Positions 7,081 through 15,946 of a stretch of 32,039 nucleotides of DNA are shown piece after piece; position 1 is the first letter of the stretch; the number at the start of each line of letters is the position of its first letter. The notes beneath the pieces are model-generated. The model had not been told where the DNA came from and searched no databases. It was given only the letters and a program-made list of their open reading frames with translations. The position numbers and the translations under genes were made by a program. The stretch is from a virus (lineage: Duplodnaviria > Caudoviricetes): positions 1 to 32,039 of IMG/VR virus record IMGVR_UViG_3300020042_009695; one strand, 5' to 3'.

Positions 7081-7242
7081 TTATTGTCTTATATCAGCAC
7101 CCGTTATTTCTACATAACAAGGCTTGTTTTTTAATTCGTATGTTTTGCAAATGTTTTTTATTTGAGTGTTTCTTTTTTTTCTGTCTTTTGATAATCTTAT
7201 TTTTTCTTCAATCTTATTGTTTATAAAAACTGTTGCTGTCAT
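7081..7242 (-). CDS. Hypothetical basic protein, 53 aa
   Basis: Manual ORF MTATVFINNKIEEKIRLSKDRKKRN...; ATGA overlap with the upstream stop. Confidence 0.6.
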   Translation of the reverse strand: MTATVFINNKIEEKIRLSKDRKKRNTQIKNICKTYELKNKPCYVEITGADIRQ

Positions 7243-7631
7243 ATCTTTTCTTCACATTTAGAGATTAATAAAGCAAAATTGGAATCGGTTTCAATTAGGT
7301 CTTTAGCTACCTTTAAGCTATTTACTACTGATTTATGGTCAAATGTTCCACTAATTTCAGCAATAGATTCTAGTGAACGTGGAGAGTGTGTTCTAAGTAA
7401 ATAACGGTATGCGTGTCTACAATAAATAACTTCTTTTTTTCTACCAATGGTTATAGGGTCTACTCCAAAAACTTCTGTTATAATAGAATGTATCTTTCTA
7501 CTATGCTTATCTTCTCCCTTAGACCCCAAGTGTTCTTGTCTATTTGATTCAGGTATCATTTTATCCAATAGATTATAAGCTACTTTTAATTGGGTCATTA
7601 TTCGTTTTATTTGTTTCTGCTCTTTGGTCAT
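7239..7631 (-). CDS. DnaA domain IV (Bac_DnaA_C)-like DNA-binding protein
   Basis: RKKEVIYCRHAYRYLLR..SLESIAEI..FDHKSVVNSLK parallels the DnaA C-terminal RQIAMYL..DHTTV motif. Confidence 0.75.
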   Translation of the reverse strand: MTKEQKQIKRIMTQLKVAYNLLDKMIPESNRQEHLGSKGEDKHSRKIHSIITEVFGVDPITIGRKKEVIYCRHAYRYLLRTHSPRSLESIAEISGTFDHKSVVNSLKVAKDLIETDSNFALLISKCEEKI

Positions 7632-8167
7632 TTCTTAAATTTTTTCTTTACGTCATTTAGTTTGTAACGATATTCTGCAAGTAGTTGTTTAAGTTCTTCT
7701 CTTGTTGGTTTGTAGACTTCTTTTGATAATCTTTGCAGCCATTCTACTGTACCACTTCTTTCTTTTTCAAGATTAGCAGCAAACACTTCTAAGTTTCCGT
7801 TAAGGTGGCAGTTTTCATACTCGCTTTGTGGTCGGCAGTTTTGTTCAAGGAAACGTAATCCATAGTGGCTTCTTGAAATAAAATGACCGCATTGGGCTTC
7901 TTGCCATTTCATTTTTTTACCCGAAGTGAAACACTCTACAATTCCATTAACATCTGCATATTTACATCTTATATACTGCGAAAACACAAAATCTAAATCA
8001 CTAATCAAATTCTGAATACTCTCGCTTTCTTCTTGCTCTTCATGTTTCTCTACTCTTTTTTGTGTAGACTTAATAGTGGCGTGTGCTTTGCATAAATTTC
8101 TACTGAAAGCATAGTCATAACAACCACAGTCTAATTTTCGCTTCTTTCTAATTATTGTACTGTTCAT
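7628..8167 (-). CDS. ninG: NinG/Rap-like recombination endonuclease
   Basis: LDFVFSQYIR..CFTSG..QCGHFISR....RF..NCRPQ...N..L.GN. Confidence 0.8.
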   Translation of the reverse strand: MNSTIIRKKRKLDCGCYDYAFSRNLCKAHATIKSTQKRVEKHEEQEESESIQNLISDLDFVFSQYIRCKYADVNGIVECFTSGKKMKWQEAQCGHFISRSHYGLRFLEQNCRPQSEYENCHLNGNLEVFAANLEKERSGTVEWLQRLSKEVYKPTREELKQLLAEYRYKLNDVKKKFKK

Positions 8168-8416
8168 TTATTTACTTATTGGTTCTACAATTATTGAATC
8201 TTTGAAGATATAATTAGTAGCATTTGACTTAGCTATTAGTGGCAGGTTAAGTTCTTTTATTTTGTTGTTTATTTCTTCTACTATTGAGTTTACATAACCT
8301 ATTTTTACGTTATAGTAAATCATACAATCTTCAAAAGAATGTACTTTAGTGTAAGGAAGATTTGTGTAAAGTTGGTTAAACCAAATGTCGTTTTGAGTTA
8401 CTTCTTGTGGTTTCAT
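8168..8416 (-). CDS. Hypothetical protein
   Basis: Translationally coupled to its neighbours. Confidence 0.65.
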   Translation of the reverse strand: MKPQEVTQNDIWFNQLYTNLPYTKVHSFEDCMIYYNVKIGYVNSIVEEINNKIKELNLPLIAKSNATNYIFKDSIIVEPISK

Positions 8417-8616
8417 TAGTTTTTATTTTTTATTATTTGGTTATTGTCTATTTCTTCAAAATCTTCATCACAAGCACCCCAAGTGTGTTTTTTATAATCA
8501 ATTCCTATAAAAGACCACGAACTATAAGAAGAATCAAAATCATGGTATGTGGTGTATTTTGCTATAATCCAATCACCGCAATATTTTACCCAATAATAAC
8601 CATCTTTTCTTTTCAT
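8416..8616 (-). CDS. Hypothetical small phage protein (start MKRKDGYYWVK)
   Basis: GYYWVK motif common in small phage proteins; A-rich leader. Confidence 0.65.
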   Translation of the reverse strand: MKRKDGYYWVKYCGDWIIAKYTTYHDFDSSYSSWSFIGIDYKKHTWGACDEDFEEIDNNQIIKNKN

Positions 8617-8626
8617 TTTTATTGTT

Positions 8627-8752
8627 TTATTGTTTAATAAATTTACCATCTTTTAATACCCATACACCTACCAAAACTCCATTCCTATACACTTCAAAAA
8701 ACCCAAATAACCTACACATACTATACACCAACTCCCTTTCCTTATCTTCCAT
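8627..8752 (-). CDS. Hypothetical 41-aa protein
   Basis: Manual ORF MEDKERELVYSMCRLFGFFEVYRNGVLVGVWVLKDGKFIKQ, first gene after the promoter. Confidence 0.55.
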   Translation of the reverse strand: MEDKERELVYSMCRLFGFFEVYRNGVLVGVWVLKDGKFIKQ

Positions 8753-8761
8753 TTATCTTTT

Positions 8762-8860
8762 TTAATTAATTAATACAAAGATATGGGTAATTTATTTTAC
8801 TGCAAAATGTTTTTTTATAAAAATATATTTGGTAGTTGTTTTTTCTTTTCCTTATTTTGC
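8762..8860. promoter_or_regulatory. Divergent promoter pair with TTAATTAATTAA site
   Basis: Minus: TTG-N19-TATCTTTG (8776-8805); plus: TATATTTG (8824-8831) and TATTTTGC (8853-8860). Confidence 0.65.
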
Positions 8861-8882
8861 TCTAAATAAAAAATTGAACATT

Positions 8883-9077
8883 ATGGAAAACAAACCAAAA
8901 GATGTAAGGGATGAAATATTAGACCACTTAAAAAAGATAGAAAGACCGCTATCTTGGTTATCACTAAAGTCGGGAATTAACTACTCTACAATTTACTCTG
9001 TACTAAGACAACGAACATTTAACTTTTCAGAGGAAAATATGGCTAAGATAAACAACGTATTGGGTACTAATTTCTAA
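8883..9077 (+). CDS. Cro/XRE-like HTH regulator (start MENKPK)
   Basis: LSWLSLKSGINYSTIYSVL HTH; first gene of the replication operon. Confidence 0.75.
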   Translation: MENKPKDVRDEILDHLKKIERPLSWLSLKSGINYSTIYSVLRQRTFNFSEENMAKINNVLGTNF

Positions 9078-9095
9078 ACCGATAATACTTAAAAA

Positions 9096-10133
9096 ATGGC
9101 AATATTTAGAAAAATTCACGTTTCTTTTTGGAAAGACGAGTTTGTTCAAAGTTTAACCCCCGAACAAAAGTATTTTTACTTATACTTAATGACAAATGAG
9201 AGGACAACTCAATGCGGGGTTTATGAAATAACTTATAGACAGATATGCTTTGATACTGGCTATAATGAAGATACTATTAGAAAATTAATAGAAACATTTA
9301 GTGATTTTGATAAGATAAGGTATTCTAAAGAAACAAAAGAAATGGCTTTGAAAAATTGGGGAAAATACAATGATTCAACGAGTTCAAAGGTTAAATCTTG
9401 CGTAAATAAGGAATTATTATCGGTTAAAGATGCTTCATTAATTGATTATATAGGTAAAGAGCATCCAACAGGAATAAAGTATAATAAAAATTACAGGGTT
9501 AATGATGGGTTAAGAGATGAAATATTTAAAAAAGATAATTATCAATGTCAAAAATGCAAATCAAGGGATAATTTATCTATTGACCATATTATACCAAGAA
9601 TATTAGGTGGGAGTTCTATACCTGAAAATTTAAGATGCTTATGTAGGTCTTGCAATAGTTCAAGACCAGCTTTTGGTGAAGAATTAGTTAAAGAGGTTGT
9701 GGAATCAGGGTACAACTATGATTCTTTATTTAAAATAGCAACCCAAAAAGCCTACGAATACAGTATTGGTAGTCAAACACAAGAAGAACAAGAAGAAGAA
9801 CAAGAAGAAGAACAAGAAGAAGATATCAAACAAGACGACATTCCGCCTATCAAGTCCTTATCAAAAAAACCTACCAAAGATGAATTTTTAAAATATTGCG
9901 AGGAAAGGTGTGCTACACAGGGGTTAAAGTTTTTTCAGCATAAGTCAAAGGCTTCTGTGAAATATGATGCTTGGGATGCTAATGGTTGGAAAGACTTGAA
10001 CGGAAATAAAATTTCAAATTGGAAAGCTAAAATAGTTGCGAACCTGCAATATTGGAAAGACGAATCAGGAAAACCATCACAATCAGGAACGGTTGACTTA
10101 AACAAAGATTTTAACTACTCAAACTTACAATAA
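9096..10133 (+). CDS. Phage replication initiator/replisome organizer with internal HNH domain
   Basis: N-terminus MAIFRKIHVSFWKD..KYFYLYLMTN..TTQCGVY; CQKC..LSIDHIIP..GG...NL..LCRSCN; acidic linker; C-terminus NGWKD..G.KI.NWK; upstream of loader and helicase. Confidence 0.8.
   Translation: MAIFRKIHVSFWKDEFVQSLTPEQKYFYLYLMTNERTTQCGVYEITYRQICFDTGYNEDTIRKLIETFSDFDKIRYSKETKEMALKNWGKYNDSTSSKVKSCVNKELLSVKDASLIDYIGKEHPTGIKYNKNYRVNDGLRDEIFKKDNYQCQKCKSRDNLSIDHIIPRILGGSSIPENLRCLCRSCNSSRPAFGEELVKEVVESGYNYDSLFKIATQKAYEYSIGSQTQEEQEEEQEEEQEEDIKQDDIPPIKSLSKKPTKDEFLKYCEERCATQGLKFFQHKSKASVKYDAWDANGWKDLNGNKISNWKAKIVANLQYWKDESGKPSQSGTVDLNKDFNYSNLQ
9780..9823 (+). repeat. 12-bp tandem repeat CAAGAAGAAGAA (QEEE linker)
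   Basis: About 3.7 copies seen directly. Confidence 0.8.
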
Positions 10134-10714
10134 TGAACGCATCCGACTTGATTTTAGAAATCGGCAAGGGGTTTTGTCAAGACTTTGATATTTCGCAAGA
10201 CCCGCAAAAAACACTTTACAAAAAAGCATACGAACAAATAATAAAAAAAGATAAAGCGAAAGGTTTGCTAATTATAGGCTCAATGGGGTCGGGTAAATCT
10301 TTAATGATGCGTGTGTACCAAAAACTATTTTTAGGGTCGCCACGGGGTTTTAAGTGGGTAAATTCGGCTATTTTAAGGGATATGTTGGAGGAAGTTTCTG
10401 TTTTGGAGATAAAAGAGGCTTATGGTTTTGCCTATAAAGGGGATTTATATATAGATGATATTGGGCTATTTCAGGGTAAAAATATGAAGTTTGGGAACGC
10501 AATAAACGTAATTTCAGAAGTTCTTTTTGAAAGATATGAGTTATTTGTTAATGAGGGTTTTAGAACGCATATATCTTCAAACTTACCACTTGATATTAAA
10601 GATAACCCGAATAATATACCGACAATTAGGGCTTTATACGGTGATAGGGTTTACGATAGAATCAATGAAATGTGCGAAGTTTTATTAATTAACAGTAAAA
10701 GCCTTAGAAAATGA
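10133..10714 (+). CDS. DnaC/IstB-like AAA+ helicase loader
   Basis: Walker A GSMGSGKS, Walker B LYIDDIG, SSN, YGDRVYDRINEM. Confidence 0.85.
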   Translation: MNASDLILEIGKGFCQDFDISQDPQKTLYKKAYEQIIKKDKAKGLLIIGSMGSGKSLMMRVYQKLFLGSPRGFKWVNSAILRDMLEEVSVLEIKEAYGFAYKGDLYIDDIGLFQGKNMKFGNAINVISEVLFERYELFVNEGFRTHISSNLPLDIKDNPNNIPTIRALYGDRVYDRINEMCEVLLINSKSLRK

Positions 10715-12141
10715 CCGATAGAAAAAATAAGAGTTCAGTAGATTTTAGTTCAATGGTTTACGGTAAAGTCCCCCCAAGTGCCGTAGAATTAGAAAAAGAT
10801 GTTTTAGGTTATCTTTTGATTGATTACAGATTATTGGTTGATGCTAAATCTATTCTTTCCGCAGATGATTTTTACAAAGACGACCATAGGTATATTTATC
10901 AAGCTATATGTGAAGTTTCCGAATATGGTATAGTTGATTTAAAATTAGTTGTTGAAAACTTAAAAGATAACGGTAAATTAGATTTAGTTGGCGGTGCTTA
11001 TGCGCTTGTAGGATTAACCAATAATGTTACCCAAACACTTAACTTAAAAAAATACTGCTTAATTATAAAGCAGAAAAGCATAGCAAGAAAACTAATTAAA
11101 CTTAGTGGTGAAATTATTGGTGATTCTTATGAAGAAACAGAAGATATATTTTCAATCTTAGAAAATTCAGAACAAAAGTTTAAGGATATTAACAATGAAT
11201 TAGGTGAAATAAAAGTAACACCATTACAAAATGTAGCTGTGAGTGTTATTGAAAGATTTGACACAAAAGTTTATAATGCAAGAAATGGAATAGTTGACGA
11301 GAATGAAATTAAAACACATTTTACAGAATGGGATAAACTTAATGGTTCTTTATTCAATGGCTTGTATGTAGTTGCGGGTAGACCTGCTATGGGTAAAGGT
11401 GTTCACTTAACAGAACTTTGTTGTAGGATGGGTAAGCATTATGATATTGGTGTTGTTAATGGAGAAATGACCAACGAACAATTACTTACAAGAATAGGTT
11501 GCAATTTATTAAATATTGATAACTACTTATTTAAAAAAGATGCAAGGTTTATTACAAATGAAGAACAAGAATTAGTTAAGTTAGCAATGAATGAAGCATT
11601 AAATCTTAAACTACATATTGACAATAGTAGGCAGATAGAAAAGATAGCTAACAAGATTAGGTTATGGGTTTCTAAGTATAATGTAAAATGCGTATTAGCT
11701 GACTTCTTAACTATATTTAAAGTTCGTGATGAATTAGCTAAATACTTTACAGATAAACAGAGAGTTGACTATGTATTAAACGTATTTGTTGATTTATGTA
11801 AGGAATTAAAAATACCAATTATTTTATACGTTCAAATGAATAGAGAGATATTAGGTAGACACGGAACAAAAGAGCCTAATATGGGGGATTTAAAAGCATC
11901 AGGCAGTATTGAAGAATTAGCATACCAAGTATCTTTTTTACATAGACCCGAATACTACGACCCTAATAGTATTACAGATGAAAATGGGAACGACACAAAG
12001 GGTTTATGTTACCAAATAATAGCAAAGCATCGTGATGGTGAAACGGGGAGATTAAGATTAAAAGCAAAACTACAATGTAGCCAAATGCACGAATGGCACT
12101 TAGAACCACTTATATCTATAAATGACCCACTACCATTTTAA
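10711..12141 (+). CDS. dnaB: Replicative DNA helicase
   Basis: PPSAVELEKDVLG, DFY...H, GRPAMGK, EM, Q.NR, SGSIEE, HRPEYY, IIAKHRDG. Confidence 0.92.
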   Translation: MTDRKNKSSVDFSSMVYGKVPPSAVELEKDVLGYLLIDYRLLVDAKSILSADDFYKDDHRYIYQAICEVSEYGIVDLKLVVENLKDNGKLDLVGGAYALVGLTNNVTQTLNLKKYCLIIKQKSIARKLIKLSGEIIGDSYEETEDIFSILENSEQKFKDINNELGEIKVTPLQNVAVSVIERFDTKVYNARNGIVDENEIKTHFTEWDKLNGSLFNGLYVVAGRPAMGKGVHLTELCCRMGKHYDIGVVNGEMTNEQLLTRIGCNLLNIDNYLFKKDARFITNEEQELVKLAMNEALNLKLHIDNSRQIEKIANKIRLWVSKYNVKCVLADFLTIFKVRDELAKYFTDKQRVDYVLNVFVDLCKELKIPIILYVQMNREILGRHGTKEPNMGDLKASGSIEELAYQVSFLHRPEYYDPNSITDENGNDTKGLCYQIIAKHRDGETGRLRLKAKLQCSQMHEWHLEPLISINDPLPF

Positions 12142-12153
12142 AAGAAAATAATT

Positions 12154-12444
12154 ATGAAATTTAACGAAGAAGATTGGCTTGTAAAAGAAGAAGATGGAAC
12201 AACCTTTTGCAGCCTAAGCCCAAGAATACCAAACATAAGAGGCGTAAGAACAAGAAAGTCTAACGGCTACCTTATAGCAAAAGTTAAAGAATTAAGAGAT
12301 TTACTTACCCTTTATGTAGAACACGAAACAAAAAAAATAAATTCAAGTGAACTAAAGGGAATACCATATAAAGAAACCGAACATTTTAAAAAAGCAGAAA
12401 ATCTAATTAACTATCTAAAAGAAACAAATTTAATTAATAAATAA
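12154..12444 (+). CDS. Hypothetical protein
   Basis: Co-linear ORF. Confidence 0.65.
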   Translation: MKFNEEDWLVKEEDGTTFCSLSPRIPNIRGVRTRKSNGYLIAKVKELRDLLTLYVEHETKKINSSELKGIPYKETEHFKKAENLINYLKETNLINK

Positions 12445-12456
12445 AAATAAAACACA

Positions 12457-12867
12457 ATGATTAAAATGACAGCAATTGGACACTTAGGTAGTCAAGCTAC
12501 TTTAAACAATGTCAATGGTAAGCAAGTGATAAATATGAACCTTGCACATTCCGAAAAATATAAAGATGCGCAAGGAAACATAGTAAATAAGTCCGTATGG
12601 ATTAATGTTTCTTGGTGGTCGGAATCTTCTAAGATATTACAGTATTTACAGAAAGGGGCGCAAATTTTTGTTGAAGGAATCCCATCAGTAGATGTTTATA
12701 AAAACAAAGAAGGTCAAACGATACCCCAACTAAAACTAAGGGCTACTATGGTACAACTATTAGGTGGTAATAAACAAGATAATCCACAACCACAAGTAGC
12801 TGCACAACCAACAAGTGGATTAACTCAAAGTCAAGAAGAATTTTTAGACGACACACCACCATTTTAA
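12457..12867 (+). CDS. ssb: Single-stranded DNA-binding protein
   Basis: IGHLG, YLQKGAQIFVEG, acidic C-terminal tail DDTPPF. Confidence 0.92.
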   Translation: MIKMTAIGHLGSQATLNNVNGKQVINMNLAHSEKYKDAQGNIVNKSVWINVSWWSESSKILQYLQKGAQIFVEGIPSVDVYKNKEGQTIPQLKLRATMVQLLGGNKQDNPQPQVAAQPTSGLTQSQEEFLDDTPPF

Positions 12868-12880
12868 TTTTAAGGAAATT

Positions 12881-12916
12881 TTAATTAATTAATTAGAATA
12901 AGTATTATTATCTTTG
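12881..12916 (+). promoter_or_regulatory. Promoter (-7 TATCTTTG) with TTAATTAATTAA site
   Basis: TATCTTTG at 12909-12916; palindrome from 12881. Confidence 0.6.
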
Positions 12917-12933
12917 AGTTCTAAATAAAAAAT

Positions 12934-13320
12934 ATGAACGACAACACTACAAAGCTACTTGAACAGTTAGCTGAAAAATTTGGAACAACAAGTGAATATC
13001 TTTGGAAAGTTCTTTTAAGACAAGCCCCTATTGATTCAACTATTAATTTAATTGAAATATTACTTGTTATGCTGTTTGGTTGGTTTCTTTACAAGACACA
13101 TAAGCGGTTAATGAAGAAAGAAAGCAACGGTGATTACGCTGAAACTTATTATGAAAAGTACGAAACAGGGGCTATACTACCAATGGTTATTGGGGCTATT
13201 ATTTTTGCAATATTCTTTTTAGCTTCTTTCTTTTGTATTCCCGATGTTATTAATGGTTACTTTAATCCTGAATATTGGGCATTAGATAAAATACTATCAT
13301 CATTTACAGATAAAAACTAA
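12934..13320 (+). CDS. Two-TM membrane protein
   Basis: LAEKFGTTSEYLWKVL..QA, two hydrophobic segments, NPEYWAL. Confidence 0.75.
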   Translation: MNDNTTKLLEQLAEKFGTTSEYLWKVLLRQAPIDSTINLIEILLVMLFGWFLYKTHKRLMKKESNGDYAETYYEKYETGAILPMVIGAIIFAIFFLASFFCIPDVINGYFNPEYWALDKILSSFTDKN

Positions 13321-13326
13321 ATAACT

Positions 13327-13650
13327 ATGTCTAAATTAGAACGACCCGCAAATGATTGGGCAAGAGTAATGTTTATCTTAATTGATAGCTACCTTGCAGG
13401 GGTAAGTATGGCTAAAGTCTTAAACAACTATGCACCTAATTTTTATAAGTTTCAGACAAGATTAGGGGAGATTGAAAAGGCTCACGAAAAATTAAACATA
13501 TCAAGAACATCACAGCCATTTACAAACGCAAGGCTAAATAAAAAAGGACACTTTACAGTCTATACACCACTTAGCCCAATGCCTTATATGAAAAACCTTT
13601 ACAACTTATTAAATAGAGAGGGATTAAAGTCTAAATCAAAAAAAGATTAA
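13327..13650 (+). CDS. Hypothetical, possible winged-HTH protein
   Basis: KFQTRLGEIE..L.I followed by a beta-hairpin-like segment. Confidence 0.6.
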   Translation: MSKLERPANDWARVMFILIDSYLAGVSMAKVLNNYAPNFYKFQTRLGEIEKAHEKLNISRTSQPFTNARLNKKGHFTVYTPLSPMPYMKNLYNLLNREGLKSKSKKD

Positions 13651-13663
13651 TTAATTTTGAAAG

Positions 13664-13933
13664 ATGGCAAAAGAAAAGATAGCTTTAGTATTTTGTGGTA
13701 AGTCTAAAATCTATGGTGAAATAGAAAACGAATTACAACACATAGTTTACGACCTATCAATTCAAGACATAAACGAAAGAAAAGCTAAAGCCAAACCATT
13801 TGATAACGCTAATGAAGCAGCAGCATATCTTGGAGTAAAAGTAGATGTGATATTTAGAAATAGAACAACGGGAAAAAAAGTAAAAGGGATAAATGGACAC
13901 CAATTTGCCGTAAGAATTATAAGAAAAAAATAA
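13664..13933 (+). CDS. Protein with NUMOD1/IENR1-like HTH
   Basis: FDNANEAAAYLGV...I. Confidence 0.6.
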   Translation: MAKEKIALVFCGKSKIYGEIENELQHIVYDLSIQDINERKAKAKPFDNANEAAAYLGVKVDVIFRNRTTGKKVKGINGHQFAVRIIRKK

Positions 13934-13936
13934 AAC

Positions 13937-14754
<818 letters not shown>

Positions 14755-14757
14755 TCA

Positions 14758-15015
14758 ATGAAAAAAACAATTATCCCAATGCTATTATTAGCAGCATTAA
14801 TTTTTAGCACAGTTCCACCAAAGTACACATTTGATGAGCCCGATGCTATTAAAGTCTACAATCAATTACAGTTACTAAAACAAGTTCTACCCGAATCGGA
14901 ACTACCCGCTAAATCAGTAAGCCAAATAATCAAGCAAACAGATAGCCTACAATCTATCATTGCAGTTCAATACACTAAGTTTCACCCCGATACAACTAAA
15001 CCCGCTAAAAAATAA
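14758..15015 (+). CDS. Small secreted/periplasmic helical protein
   Basis: Signal peptide MKKTIIPMLLLAALIFS. Confidence 0.65.
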   Translation: MKKTIIPMLLLAALIFSTVPPKYTFDEPDAIKVYNQLQLLKQVLPESELPAKSVSQIIKQTDSLQSIIAVQYTKFHPDTTKPAKK

Positions 15016-15020
15016 TTCCA

Positions 15021-15122
15021 ATGAACGAATCTATTTGGCTATTTGCTGATTACCCTAATACTGAATGGGGTGGTGAAGGTGCTGAAAGTGAAGAAGAATT
15101 AGAACAAGATAAAACAAAGTAA
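15021..15122 (+). CDS. Putative 33-aa acidic peptide
   Basis: Manual ORF MNESIWLFADYPNTEWGGEGAESEEELEQDKTK, exactly fills the gap. Confidence 0.45.
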   Translation: MNESIWLFADYPNTEWGGEGAESEEELEQDKTK

Positions 15123-15124
15123 AA

Positions 15125-15946
15125 ATGAATAAAAAGACGGGAATAACCTTGATTACAATGGGTCAAGGAAATATTATAGCCCTAAAGCAAACATTAGAAA
15201 GTTTTAAATATGTAGTTGATGAAGTAATTTATGGAGATATGCTTTTATTTGATGAAGATAGGGAAGTTCTGTATAGTTACATTTCTGATTATAATATGAA
15301 GGTCGTAAGGTTGCCATTTAACTACATTTTTCAAATGGGTTTTGCGAGTTGCTTAAATTTATTAGCTTCTCATGCAACTAACGATATGGTTATGTATATG
15401 AACACTTCCGAAGCTATTGATGAAGATTACGGAATAGTAGAAACCGTACAAGCCAATCCCGAATGTAATATGTTTTACTTTACTCATAGGACTGATAAGC
15501 ATAGATGGCACAGAACATACAATAGGAAGCAATTACAATGGAGTGGAGTAATACACGAAGAAGTAGTACCAATAAAGGGGGAGTGCATACCATATCATAA
15601 ACCAATATTCATGATGAAGGATAACGAGAAAGATATGGGAAATTCTCTAAAAGCAGCCGTATTTAATTCAGTAAAAGAACTATGCTACTTTAACAACTAT
15701 ATGAAGTTGGTTGATGCACCCAAAGTATGCGGTGCTACAAATGCAGGTTGGTTTAAATTCGCACAAGACCAATACCCAAGTATGAAAGAAAGGCTTGAAC
15801 AAAAAGGTAAGCAATACGAAGCGTTTTTAACAGGCAACTTTGATATGTTCTTAAAAGAAATAGAAACAAGCGACTATTTTAAAACAGAACGATTTGAAAG
15901 TAAACACGGTATGAATTTTCAAGGAACAAGAAAAGATTTATTATGA
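15125..15946 (+). CDS. GT-A fold (GT2-like) glycosyltransferase
   Basis: LKQTLES...VDEVI..D, GFA...N, ATNDMVMYMNTSE, WSGVIHEEV. Confidence 0.7.
   Translation: MNKKTGITLITMGQGNIIALKQTLESFKYVVDEVIYGDMLLFDEDREVLYSYISDYNMKVVRLPFNYIFQMGFASCLNLLASHATNDMVMYMNTSEAIDEDYGIVETVQANPECNMFYFTHRTDKHRWHRTYNRKQLQWSGVIHEEVVPIKGECIPYHKPIFMMKDNEKDMGNSLKAAVFNSVKELCYFNNYMKLVDAPKVCGATNAGWFKFAQDQYPSMKERLEQKGKQYEAFLTGNFDMFLKEIETSDYFKTERFESKHGMNFQGTRKDLL

Noticed and set aside
9780-9823. CAAGAAGAAGAA repeat as lambda-O-type iterons
   Set aside because: Adequately explained as an acidic linker; the 4549-4671 boxes are the better candidate, though an intragenic origin is not excluded.
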